IMG/VR virus record: IMGVR_UViG_3300037755_000305
Span: 64,001-128,000 of that record
Reading direction: 5' to 3' (one strand)
Length of the DNA stretch: 64,000 nucleotides
Source: a virus
Positions 36,221 to 56,482 of the stretch are shown in pieces. The first letter of the stretch is position 1, and each line of letters starts with the position of its first letter. The position numbers were made by a program, and so were the translations under genes. Under the pieces are notes generated by a model. That model ran no database searches, was not told the DNA's origin, and worked only from the letters and a program-made list of their open reading frames with translations.

Positions 36221-39006
36221 ACCAATTCCGGGGTGTTAGCAACTACGCAGCTATTTATAGTATTCTTCGGATACTCCTCTTCCGGTAGCGTAGTTATTGG
36301 GTGTGATACTAAGTTAGAACACGGGGGCTTCGGGTGGGCGCTCATGTGGTTGTATTCTCTGTAACATGGCTGACAGGACTTTGTGGGTCCGCCATTGCCC
36401 ATATCTCTAGTCCAAAGCCCTCCGTTCACCAGATTGATGTTCTGATCGTAACCAGAGCCGCAAGGATGCGTGGAGCCCCAGAGAATCACAGATTTCTTAG
36501 CAACTGCCTGAGAGGTGTGGTTGAAAATAGAGTCTCCACCAATGAAGAGTACAGAAAACCGCTGTACGGCAGCGGCGTGCTTGATCGAGGGCGTATCCAA
36601 GCGCTCGGCACCCGGAACAAGAGGTTCACTTGGAGTACCGATCTGTACTACTTCATAGCCAGCTTCCTTGATGCGACCCACAAGATCTTCCCATGCGTCG
36701 ATAGGCCAATTCTTTAGAGGAGACCAGCCAGCCCGAGTGTGGATTACGACTTTACCTGTACCATGTATAGCACCGTAATCAAGGTGTTCCTGCCTGAACC
36801 CGATAGATAGATCCGTAGATACGGGAACCCCAGCGTCTTCACAGAAGAAGTGCGCCAAATGCTGTCTCATAGGCTTCTCAGGATACTGCTCTTTTAGGGG
36901 ATACTGGAAAGCCACAACCTTGTCTGCCTTAGGTAGGTCTTCCGTCCGCTTCAAAATCTCTTGCCAGTTGTTCTCCTCTACTGTAACTATCTCGTCAACG
37001 TAGGGATTATCTTCGATAGCGGAAATTGAACTAGGGTGGCACACATATCGAACATGGTACCCCTGTTGCTTTAGACCTTTGCACGCTGCCGTGGACATTA
37101 GGATGTCGCCCAAAGCACCTGGACGCATGACTTGTGCAACTTTCTGTGTAGGGGACCCGGAGCGTTCCTGTCCGCGTCCGGAACGCAAAGCGGTAAGGCG
37201 CGCCTCCCAATCTTTGTCTGGTCCACCAATTCTTTGGGCCGCAGCTTCACCAAACTGGATAGCCTTGTCAATTTCCCCAAGATGCTCCCAGCACCAGCTA
37301 ATCAATCGGAACGGTTGGTCCTTGTAAGCTCCCGTATTCAAGAACATCAATGTGTTTGGCATTGTCTGAGAAGCCGCCTGTACCGCCCAAGATATACAAG
37401 CTTTGTAGTCTTTCTGTATATATTTCAGCCTAGCAATGGCCAAATAGGGTTCAGCCCAGTGGGAATTGGTAGCCAAAGCGTTGCAGTATGAACGTAGAGC
37501 TTCCGGCAATTTTCCTAGATTTTGATTACAGTACCCCTGATACATCCAGGCCCAAAATCGTTCATCGTGCCAACCAAGATTCTCGTCTAGATACACTTGG
37601 TAACGCTCCAAAGCCTCTTCGTTGCGCCCTCCCTCACGAAGACCGTTACCCAAGTAAAATAGGGTGCGTCCCTTATCGTCGTGGGTTCCAGGGCAATACG
37701 AACAAGGTTGAGGACCTGCGGCCTCGGCTTCCAACAAAATGCGAATATTTCGCCCTGCGGCGTCCTTAGGTTTAGGCAAATGTCGAAGAGTTATATCGTC
37801 ACACTTCAACTTCATGCCCTGGTAGCCACCCAGTGAAACATACTCGTGACATTTATCGTGAAAATGCGGCTTGAAAATTTCGCCCTTGTGGTTTGGACGG
37901 GCTTCGTTTCGCCAAAGTCGAAGATGGAAGAAAGTATCGCCTCCGTATATTAGCCTCCAATCCTGGGGATGGTCCGGTTTCTCGTCTAAAAGAGCTAAGA
38001 TCTTGGCGGGGGCGTCCCCAGATAGAACATCATCACAATCCATCCAAGCTACGTGAGTTCCTGTACATGCCATGACAGCTTCGTTCTTGGCTCGGGCGAA
38101 GTTATCGTCCCAAAACCCTTCGATGATTTTTGTCTTGATACCTGTACGATCTCCGAACGCTTTGATGATATCGGGGGTAGAGTCGTCGCAGTTGTTTAGA
38201 TAAACGACAATCTCCCAAGCTAGTGGCTCGATACTATCGAGCATTCTTCCAATGACCTCTTCCTCGTTGCAGGATACAACGGCAAAACTGATGCGAACAT
38301 CTTCTGCAATACGGCATTGCCAGTCTATTTGTCCTACCTCCGGCTGTTCCCATTCGTCAAAAATGCGAAGCCCCTCCTGCTTCGCTAGTCTGTGGAAAGA
38401 TGCTTTGGAGAGAAGAATTGGATGAACTTGGTAGTGCTCATCCGTGAGGTGAATGTCGATCCCCTCTGTATTGACTTCCGGTGTTCTAATGTATAGGACA
38501 CCTTTGTCCGACAACAATGTGCGAATCTTATGCAACGCAGCGGCAGGATCAGCAAAGTGCTCAATACAGTGAACGAGGGTGATAAGGTCAAACTTCTTGT
38601 CGCCAAAATCGTGCTCAAGAAAGTTGTCGATAATCATCGGGACGCCCAGCTCGTGCCCAAACTCAATAGCCTCTGGAAAACCGTCAATCCCTACAACTTC
38701 ATCGACACCCAAATCTTTGAAACACTTCAAAAGATAGGGGTACTTGGAGCCAACGTCCAGCACAGATTTAGGCTTATGGGCGCGAGTTAGCCTTGCGGCC
38801 AAGTCCTGATTCAGGAGACAGGCAACCTCAGTCATAGCCTCCCGTCCCGTTTGGGGCTGGAGATCAGATTCATACCTGAAAACAGGCGGCGGATACTGTG
38901 CCCATAGGCCACAGGTATTGCAGGATAGGTAGGGGGTCAGGCCAGCCGTGGAGCTTTCAGTGCTGGAGAATTCCCCGCCACCGCAAACGGGGCAGATACT
39001 TGGCAT
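36190..39006 (-). CDS. Multidomain enzyme: Zn ribbon + SAM methyltransferase + GT2 + TPR + GT9
   Basis: CPVC/CNTC; VLDVGS, ITLVHCIEH; ISFAVVSCNEE, WMDCDD (DxD); TPR-like YLGNGL/YQGYC/EPYLAIA; RPGALGDILM, FIGGDSIFNH, LWGST. Confidence 0.85.
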   Translation of the reverse strand: MPSICPVCGGGEFSSTESSTAGLTPYLSCNTCGLWAQYPPPVFRYESDLQPQTGREAMTEVACLLNQDLAARLTRAHKPKSVLDVGSKYPYLLKCFKDLGVDEVVGIDGFPEAIEFGHELGVPMIIDNFLEHDFGDKKFDLITLVHCIEHFADPAAALHKIRTLLSDKGVLYIRTPEVNTEGIDIHLTDEHYQVHPILLSKASFHRLAKQEGLRIFDEWEQPEVGQIDWQCRIAEDVRISFAVVSCNEEEVIGRMLDSIEPLAWEIVVYLNNCDDSTPDIIKAFGDRTGIKTKIIEGFWDDNFARAKNEAVMACTGTHVAWMDCDDVLSGDAPAKILALLDEKPDHPQDWRLIYGGDTFFHLRLWRNEARPNHKGEIFKPHFHDKCHEYVSLGGYQGMKLKCDDITLRHLPKPKDAAGRNIRILLEAEAAGPQPCSYCPGTHDDKGRTLFYLGNGLREGGRNEEALERYQVYLDENLGWHDERFWAWMYQGYCNQNLGKLPEALRSYCNALATNSHWAEPYLAIARLKYIQKDYKACISWAVQAASQTMPNTLMFLNTGAYKDQPFRLISWCWEHLGEIDKAIQFGEAAAQRIGGPDKDWEARLTALRSGRGQERSGSPTQKVAQVMRPGALGDILMSTAACKGLKQQGYHVRYVCHPSSISAIEDNPYVDEIVTVEENNWQEILKRTEDLPKADKVVAFQYPLKEQYPEKPMRQHLAHFFCEDAGVPVSTDLSIGFRQEHLDYGAIHGTGKVVIHTRAGWSPLKNWPIDAWEDLVGRIKEAGYEVVQIGTPSEPLVPGAERLDTPSIKHAAAVQRFSVLFIGGDSIFNHTSQAVAKKSVILWGSTHPCGSGYDQNINLVNGGLWTRDMGNGGPTKSCQPCYREYNHMSAHPKPPCSNLVSHPITTLPEEEYPKNTINSCVVANTPELVWKYVKEILL

Positions 39007-39013
39007 GAAAGTT

Positions 39014-39020
39014 CTTTAGT
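39014..39020 (-). promoter_or_regulatory. ACTAAAG motif 7 nt upstream of the MTase-GT fusion start
   Basis: actaaag-aactttc-ATG; no SD present, same spacing as the other copies. Confidence 0.45.
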
Positions 39021-39031
39021 GTAGTTGGGCT

Positions 39032-39571
39032 TTATGGGGCGGTGTAATCCGCAATATCTGAGGGCGTCATCGGTGGTCCTGTGGGTCCCTCGGTTACGAT
39101 GAGAATTCCACGCGAGATGTAATCCTGTAAATTAGCCCGGAATTGCATCCCAACAGGCTCCTTTAGAGCCGTCTCAAATACGTCGCTTTGAAGCGAAATT
39201 CCCGCCACCCCAACATCAAGACCGTAAGAAGGATCAAATTCCGCCTGAGCGGGGTCCCAGGCGCTACCTCCACGAACAATCGAAGATCCGCTCGTGGGGG
39301 ACACATGTACAACAAGATCTCTAACAGTAGATGTGGGCTCTGGCGGCTCAAAAGCGCCCGTGGCCCCTTCTGCCAGTGGAAAAGTACCATTCTCTAGTAT
39401 ATTTGAGGACCCAGAAAGTCGCGGAGCGCTGGCTATATAGCCTGGACCGGCACTAGAAAGGCGCGTCTCGTGGTTCTTAGGATAAATGTTTGGCGTTTCC
39501 TTGGATGCGAATTTAGCCAACGGTCCGTTTGGTTCATAAGCCGCAGGATCAATCACGATTTCGATTGCCAT
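39032..39571 (-). CDS. Hypothetical protein
   Basis: 179 aa ORF following the collagen cluster. Confidence 0.6.
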   Translation of the reverse strand: MAIEIVIDPAAYEPNGPLAKFASKETPNIYPKNHETRLSSAGPGYIASAPRLSGSSNILENGTFPLAEGATGAFEPPEPTSTVRDLVVHVSPTSGSSIVRGGSAWDPAQAEFDPSYGLDVGVAGISLQSDVFETALKEPVGMQFRANLQDYISRGILIVTEGPTGPPMTPSDIADYTAP

Positions 39572-39587
39572 TTAAGTCCCCTTGTCG

Positions 39588-41486
39588 CTAGATTGCCAGC
39601 GATTCACCGATATCTGTATAGATAATCATGGCCTGTGTCCAACTGGCACTCGGGCTAACCTCTCGTGCCTGTATATTGACGACGCAATTGGCTGCCGGTA
39701 CATTCAGCCAAAAGAAGTTCCAGCACGAGAACGGTTCGTCGCCTCCGCGACGGGTAGAATTGAAAGAGCTAAGACCGAAAGTGTTGAAACCGCCACCAGA
39801 ATCTAGTTGCATTTGTTGTTCAATACTCACACTATCATCTCCATCAGCAACATAATTACCTTGCCCGATGATTAGAACACGGGACGAAGAAGAGCGCCCA
39901 GCGAAATTCAAATTGATTGTGTGCATGGTCTGGAACGTATTTACCAACGCAGTGCTTCCAGAGGCACTACTAGAGTTTCCTCCAAGCTGTACAGTGTTTG
40001 GAAAACCGTTCAAAGCTGGCATAAACAGAGAAGGGTTAGCAGCTTGCAGGTTTGCTGCCCAGTCTATAGCGTCTTCTCCGCCAATACTGTGTCGAGCGGA
40101 ATGCGCATGAATATCCATCGGGTCAGCATTATTTTTCTCAAAACGAGTAGCTGCACTTAGATCTACAACATGATTTGGACGAAATGTAACATGCGGAGTA
40201 CCATCTGGAACATATTGCAAGAACAAAGTATTATCGGGCGGCTTACATAGTAACCACTGTTCGTTGCCACGATCTGCGAACACAAAATGAGAATGTTGAG
40301 CAGCGGCCTGACCAGAGTCGATTGTGACTGTAGTGTCCGCGTCTGCATTATTATCAATACGCAGATCATTACCTTGGATTCTCGCACTCCCCAAAACATG
40401 CAATTTGTTTGCAGGAGTTGCAGTGCCTATACCAACACGACCCGAAGCGTCGATTACTAGAGAAGACGCTGTAGCAGTCTTGTTCATCGACATTACTGTA
40501 TTTCCAGTAGCGTTAGACTGCCAATACAAGTTGTTGCTGGTGTTCTTTCCTGCGGTCCATGCTGGATTTCCGCGATCAAGATACACAAGATTTGTTATCT
40601 GGGCGGAGGCAAGTCCAGAATCCATGACGATGTTCAAAGTAGCATCGGCATTGTTCTCAATAAAGCGAGATCCGTCTGCCAAGAAGTAGATTGTGTGGTC
40701 GTCAGACAGCAGCCCAGTCAACCCACTATGTACTGTGACTGCTCCGGTCGGTCCTTGAACGCCTGTGCTTCCAGTATTACCCGTTCCGCCGGTATTTCCG
40801 GTAGGAGCACCAGCCGGACCCACAGGTCCAGTGGGCCCGACAACACCATTGAAACCTGTTGGACCTATAGCGCCAGGGTGTCCTGTCTCTCCCTGAATAC
40901 CTTGAGTTCCGGGAGCACCTTGTATTCCTGTGGGACCTGTTGCACCAGGAATACCCAAAGAGCCTGTGGGACCCGTTGCACCAGTAGACCCAGAAGTTGC
41001 CCCCGTGGGACCTACTAGTCCAACGCCCGTGGGACCTGTGGAGCCCGTTTTTCCTACAATACCCTGTATGCCCGTGGGTCCCTGAGACCCCGTAGGTCCG
41101 GACGGCCCAGTGGTACCGGTGAGTCCAGTCTTACCCTGTACACCAATTCCTTGAGGGCCAGGGACGCCTGTAAGACCAGTGGGCCCCGTAATTGAGTAAC
41201 CCTGGACTCCAATGGGACCTGTTTTTCCTTGGATGCCTTGAGGTCCTGTAGAGCCTATATTACCAGCAGGACCAGTGCTACCAGATGGGCCTGTGGTACC
41301 GGTCGGTCCTGTAATGGACGCGCCCGGAGCGCCAGTTACACCGGCAGCACCCGTGGCACCAGTAGTACCTGTCTGTCCGGCTCCAGACGCACCTTGGAGT
41401 CCAGCACCAGTTAAGCCAGTGGCCCCAGTGCCGCCTGTTGCGCCTGTGGGTCCTGTTTCGCCTGTGGGTCCTGTAATATCGGCCAT
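39588..41486 (-). CDS. Collagen-like fibre protein with beta-rich C-terminal domains
   Basis: About 250 aa of Gly-X-Thr repeats, then VGIGTATP-type repeats; start moved to ATG 41486 after SD gaagg. Confidence 0.85.
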   Translation of the reverse strand: MADITGPTGETGPTGATGGTGATGLTGAGLQGASGAGQTGTTGATGAAGVTGAPGASITGPTGTTGPSGSTGPAGNIGSTGPQGIQGKTGPIGVQGYSITGPTGLTGVPGPQGIGVQGKTGLTGTTGPSGPTGSQGPTGIQGIVGKTGSTGPTGVGLVGPTGATSGSTGATGPTGSLGIPGATGPTGIQGAPGTQGIQGETGHPGAIGPTGFNGVVGPTGPVGPAGAPTGNTGGTGNTGSTGVQGPTGAVTVHSGLTGLLSDDHTIYFLADGSRFIENNADATLNIVMDSGLASAQITNLVYLDRGNPAWTAGKNTSNNLYWQSNATGNTVMSMNKTATASSLVIDASGRVGIGTATPANKLHVLGSARIQGNDLRIDNNADADTTVTIDSGQAAAQHSHFVFADRGNEQWLLCKPPDNTLFLQYVPDGTPHVTFRPNHVVDLSAATRFEKNNADPMDIHAHSARHSIGGEDAIDWAANLQAANPSLFMPALNGFPNTVQLGGNSSSASGSTALVNTFQTMHTINLNFAGRSSSSRVLIIGQGNYVADGDDSVSIEQQMQLDSGGGFNTFGLSSFNSTRRGGDEPFSCWNFFWLNVPAANCVVNIQAREVSPSASWTQAMIIYTDIGESLAI

Positions 41487-41538
41487 TTGTACCTTCGTCT
41501 GCCAGTGGTGGTGCAACTTTGCACTGTATTCGTATATA

Positions 41539-41569
41539 ATCTCTGCTACTAGCCCGCAGAGCAGGGATT
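41539..41569 (-). promoter_or_regulatory. Conserved 31-nt upstream element, copy 5
   Basis: ACGTGAT-AATCCCTGCTCTGCGGGCTAGTAGCAGAGAT; 3 mismatches. Confidence 0.75.
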
Positions 41570-41594
41570 ATCACGTCATGTTGTCTAATGACAT

Positions 41595-43888
<2,294 letters not shown>

Positions 43889-43889
<1 letters not shown>

Positions 43890-44215
43890 TATTCTCCTGC
43901 CTTTGCCTTTTTGATGTCCCAGTTTGAGGCGTTCTGAATCACTTCGACATTGAAGTCAAATAGAGCGGCAACAGCAAACACATGAGACAAAAATGCCTTA
44001 GTGTCCAGCCAAAGCTGGGGCGGCACGCGAAGGGCTTCAGTTGCGTGCCGAAGCATATTTGTTGGTCCTGATAAGATCACACTTGGCCTCTTAGGGTAAA
44101 CGTCAGCAGTCCTTAGAGCCTGCCCTAGATTACCAACCACTTCGCTGGGACGAGTCCCGTGTACTGGCAAATGAACTACTACTAGGTATCGCTTTTCCAT
44201 TAGAACACCGACCAT
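43889..44215 (-). CDS. Hypothetical protein (possible fibre chaperone)
   Basis: 108 aa ORF between two fibre genes. Confidence 0.5.
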
Positions 44216-44255
44216 TTATCGCCAAAGTAATAAGACATTAGACACCTGTAAATCC

Positions 44256-52075
<7,820 letters not shown>

Positions 52076-52083
52076 CTATTGTT

Positions 52084-53019
<936 letters not shown>

Positions 53020-53048
53020 TGTAGTCTCCCTTTAGGGTGGCAGACCTA

Positions 53049-53369
53049 TTACTTGGCTGCGTTGGCAATGGCTGCTGCGATCTTGGGAAGGCCGTTCTTG
53101 TGGGCCTTCTCCGCGATTGAGAGTAGCTGCTCGCTTCCCTTACTACTAAAGATACTACCCTTGGTAGTGGCTTCAGCAGCCCGGAGCGTAGCTTCAGCAC
53201 GCTCAACCTCGGTAAGTTTCCCAGAGGCTTTCTCAGCATTGATTTTCTCGAAAAGTTGTGCTGAATCAGGCTCCGCAAAAGCGAAAGCAGTGATGCGAGA
53301 TGCAATTGCCTCTTCGCCGCGCTGGTGGGCCTTGTAGGCCAGTGTAAGAAGTCTTTGTGCCCGTGTCAT
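53049..53369 (-). CDS. Hypothetical protein with internal helical duplication
   Basis: LLTLAYKAHQRGEEAIASRI and LLSIAEKAHKNGLPKIAAAI. Confidence 0.65.
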   Translation of the reverse strand: MTRAQRLLTLAYKAHQRGEEAIASRITAFAFAEPDSAQLFEKINAEKASGKLTEVERAEATLRAAEATTKGSIFSSKGSEQLLSIAEKAHKNGLPKIAAAIANAAK

Positions 53370-53379
53370 TCTGGGTCTC

Positions 53380-53622
53380 CTATACCATGGATTTCATGTT
53401 GGTGCGTAGTGTGCGAAGCTTGTCCAAAGTGGAACTTAATTCTGTTTTTATCTGTTCGATTTGTTCCGAAATGTTATCAGGTGTCTTTATTTTCTTGACA
53501 GCTTTAAGAAGTTGAACGGCGTCTGAAAGTTTGTCTTCCGATTCTTCAATTCGAACTTTCCACGAGTCGCTTTTGCGTTCAAACTGATTGAAAGCTTCTA
53601 TTGACCAGTCAAATTTTTGCAT
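53380..53622 (-). CDS. Small coiled-coil protein
   Basis: 80 aa with heptad-like Leu/Ile spacing. Confidence 0.55.
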   Translation of the reverse strand: MQKFDWSIEAFNQFERKSDSWKVRIEESEDKLSDAVQLLKAVKKIKTPDNISEQIEQIKTELSSTLDKLRTLRTNMKSMV

Positions 53623-54282
53623 CGTACTGTAACTTCCCGGGCGCTTTTCTTTAAGTGTTCTTCTACACTAAGAGGCTGCAAATTCGTGTAGTGGCATGCC
53701 TCTAAAAATTGTTTCCTGTCTGTAAGATCAAAATTTGCCAAGGGCTGAATATGATCTATTTCCCAATATGTTCCGTGATTCTCCCAGCTCATTTCCGGGG
53801 TGAATTGCACCTCTAAACAAGAGATAAGATGCTCTACAGAACAACCCAGGTCTGTTACTGCTGAGCCAGCTTTCTGCCCTTTCTTGTCTTGTCTTAGGTC
53901 TAAGGCTGTGTATATTCGGTTTCTAAGCAGTTTTCGGAGACGATAATTAGGATCGCTTTGGTATCTCTCTAATTCGTATTTTCTCTGGTTGTCTCTGGTT
54001 CTTTCTTTGTTGTCTTCGTACCAACGCTTTTGTTGCTTAGCTGTTTTTTCTGGATTTCTTTTAGCCCATCTTAAATTCTTTGCGCTATGCTTTTCCGGAT
54101 TGTCTTTGGCCCATTTTAGGGATCTGTCTCTATCTTTTGCAGCAAATTCAGGATCTTGGTACTTCTGCCTTAGATCGGAATTCATACATTTCCGACATCT
54201 GCTTTTCAGTCCACTAGGTCTGTCAGAACGTTTGCCGAAATCAGATTTTGGCAAATCCTTTACAAAACTTAAGCGTTTTCAT
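53598..54282 (-). CDS. HNH homing endonuclease-like protein, N-terminus apparently frameshifted
   Basis: SWENHG-x-x-WEIDHIQP...CHYTNLQPL; AT-rich. The ATG at 54282 is one base out of frame with the body (ORF 53598-54254). Confidence 0.8.
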
Positions 54283-54306
54283 ACAATTGCTTTAGTCTTT
54301 TGCAAC

Positions 54307-54338
54307 AAAAAGAGGCCGGAGGCACTGCCTCCGGCCTC
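54307..54338 (-). terminator. Intrinsic terminator after the major capsid gene
   Basis: 12-bp stem gaggccggaggc/gcctccggcctc with 3-nt loop, followed by a U5 tract on the - strand. Confidence 0.85.
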
Positions 54339-54417
54339 CTCTTTTCGAGATGTTCAACTATCGCCGTAACTAAAATTGAACTAATGCGCAATTTTTAGCT
54401 ACAAGTTAGCAGAATCC

Positions 54418-55551
54418 TTAGACTCTGTTACCTCGTGTAACGGCGCGAGAGTTAACAATACTCATTCCTTCGATCGTTTCCATAAACCAACCGCGTTCCG
54501 GCTTGCCCTGGTTGTACTTGTTGATCGACTCGGTAGCAAGTTCCTTACGCTGTGTGATACCACCAAGGGTCTGCGGAGCACCTACGAAGTAAACTTCGCC
54601 GGGCTGTAGAACCTGCAAGGTATCGTGGCGGAAGGCGTCCGTGATGAGGTTAACACCAAGGATGCTGCCGAGACTACCTTCAAGAACGATCTCGTGCTTC
54701 GATACCGGATCGAACCAAGTGCTGAACTCGGTGTCAGCAATGATGTCGTCCCAGAGGTCGAACGCGATGACCGCACCAGTTACCGGGATACCCCACCGAG
54801 CGATCTGCGTTCGCATGGTGGAGAACACCGTAGGCGTGAAGGTGTTGAACAGGAACAGGTCGTTGGAGGCACCGGCTGCGGCGTTAACTAGGTTACGCCA
54901 CACGTTATCCTCGTTGACCATGATCTGCTCAAGACCGTCCTGGTACTTGTCGTCCAGAAGATCGCCAGAAGCCTGCTCGATCTCCTTGTCCTCGATCGTG
55001 ATGTGCGCGATCATGTAGAACTCGGGCGGGTAGATGTAGTATTGGCGAACCGAGGAAGCAATGACGTTCGGATCGCTTGTAGCGAAGAACGAAATTACAT
55101 CCTTGCGTCGGACGCGCAATCGACCAGTCTCACCCTTACCAAGGGGCTTGATGAGAAGGGTCTTACGGGCGAAGCCTTCACGACCCAGGGTTTCCCAGAT
55201 CTCTTCACCGATTACCTCGCCGAGAACCTGCCAACCTTCACCGTTCTTGTCGGCGTAGGCAGCCTCGACCAGCTCACGACGAGCAGAAACGACATCGCCG
55301 TACTGCTCCTGAGCTGAAGCCTGTCGGACATCACCGACGGCTACTGCGCGCTGAAGCGAGCTAATTGCCTGCATCAGTTCACGCTTACTTCCTGCGTTGA
55401 TCTCGCCATTACCTGCAACGGCAGACTCAGTGTTTGACTGAATCACGGTGCCTGCTCGGGTCGTTCGGCCAGCCTTGTGGCCACCGTCCGTGAGCGCGTC
55501 CCCGTTGCGACCGACATAAGCCGGGCGAGCAAGATAGGGATTCTTAGACAT
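54418..55551 (-). CDS. Major capsid protein
   Basis: About 377 aa after SD aggag. GFARKTL...I-x-x-x-EI-x-Q-x-x-x-DLL...EQI-x-x-x-ED pattern; follows scaffold and decoration genes; strongly biased codon use; terminator downstream. Confidence 0.8.
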   Translation of the reverse strand: MSKNPYLARPAYVGRNGDALTDGGHKAGRTTRAGTVIQSNTESAVAGNGEINAGSKRELMQAISSLQRAVAVGDVRQASAQEQYGDVVSARRELVEAAYADKNGEGWQVLGEVIGEEIWETLGREGFARKTLLIKPLGKGETGRLRVRRKDVISFFATSDPNVIASSVRQYYIYPPEFYMIAHITIEDKEIEQASGDLLDDKYQDGLEQIMVNEDNVWRNLVNAAAGASNDLFLFNTFTPTVFSTMRTQIARWGIPVTGAVIAFDLWDDIIADTEFSTWFDPVSKHEIVLEGSLGSILGVNLITDAFRHDTLQVLQPGEVYFVGAPQTLGGITQRKELATESINKYNQGKPERGWFMETIEGMSIVNSRAVTRGNRV

Positions 55552-55599
55552 TTGTTTTCTCCTATTGTAGTCCAAGAGTGAATAATAACTGGAGTTCTT

Positions 55600-55666
55600 T
55601 ACACCGTGAGCGTTCAGGTAATCCGAGATAAATCAGCCTCCCCCGCTCAGGGGAGGTAAAGGTGTA
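55600..55666 (-). ncRNA. Candidate pseudoknotted RNA element in the capsid gene leader
   Basis: Three complementary pairs: 55600-605/55661-666, 55637-643/55650-656, and loop 55644-649 with 55607-612. Confidence 0.5.
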
Positions 55667-55669
55667 TCA

Positions 55670-55697
55670 AGCGGGACGGCCTTCCGACCGTCCCGCT
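55670..55697 (-). promoter_or_regulatory. GC-rich hairpin after the decoration gene stop
   Basis: agcgggacgg/ccgtcccgct perfect 10-bp stem; no clear U-tract. Confidence 0.55.
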
Positions 55698-55710
55698 GTC
55701 ATGCTACTTC

Positions 55711-56451
55711 TTAGTTGCCGCCGATATTGAAGGCGACACCCAGAAGCGGGTTGTTCACGTTCGGAACACTGACGACGCGAGCGTCAAGAGCAGTACCACC
55801 AGAACCCGTAAGGATACCGGCGTCACCCGAGTGGATGGTTCCCGGAGCAGCACTCCAGTCTACAGCAGCGTCAAACTGGTCGGTGAAGATTTCACCGACG
55901 CCGTGACCGACGCCAACCTGACTGAACAGAGTGGAAGCTTCGTTGTTGATGTTGCGCTGGTAGAACTTGAGTCGAGCCTCAGCAACCGTGAGGTTGTACC
56001 GATAGATTACGACAATCGTCTTACCAGCTTCGTCCGAGTGGAAGGCCAGAAGACCAGTAGAAACATTTACGTTTACGTCACCGGATACGGCAGCGCCTAC
56101 GTCAATGTTGTCCATCTTGGTCGAGCCGTCCATGGCAGTTAGCTGTGCCGTGGAACCGGTACCGTCACCCGAAACAAGGTTGTTGTTACGGAGCTGTACC
56201 TCGTAGGGAGCCGTGGACGGAACCGTCACACTCTCTACTTCGGACGTGGTGGCGTTGTCAGCGTTATCGCGAATTGCGAAACCGGCAATCAACAGAGAGG
56301 CGTCGTTAGTGGCAGGAATTACTGCCTCGGCGCCGGTTGCTGCGTCAAGAACCGACTGAAGAAGAACACCTTCTTCGGTGATGACAGAACCAGCCTGGAC
56401 TGGCTTCTCCAGCACGATGCTGAAGTGGGATCGCTTTAGGTCGAAAGACAT
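55711..56451 (-). CDS. Putative capsid decoration/cement protein
   Basis: 246 aa beta-rich ORF between scaffold and MCP, with the same biased codon use. Confidence 0.6.
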   Translation of the reverse strand: MSFDLKRSHFSIVLEKPVQAGSVITEEGVLLQSVLDAATGAEAVIPATNDASLLIAGFAIRDNADNATTSEVESVTVPSTAPYEVQLRNNNLVSGDGTGSTAQLTAMDGSTKMDNIDVGAAVSGDVNVNVSTGLLAFHSDEAGKTIVVIYRYNLTVAEARLKFYQRNINNEASTLFSQVGVGHGVGEIFTDQFDAAVDWSAAPGTIHSGDAGILTGSGGTALDARVVSVPNVNNPLLGVAFNIGGN

Positions 56452-56482
56452 TGTTTAGTTTCCTTTTGTCTTGTGGTCTAGC

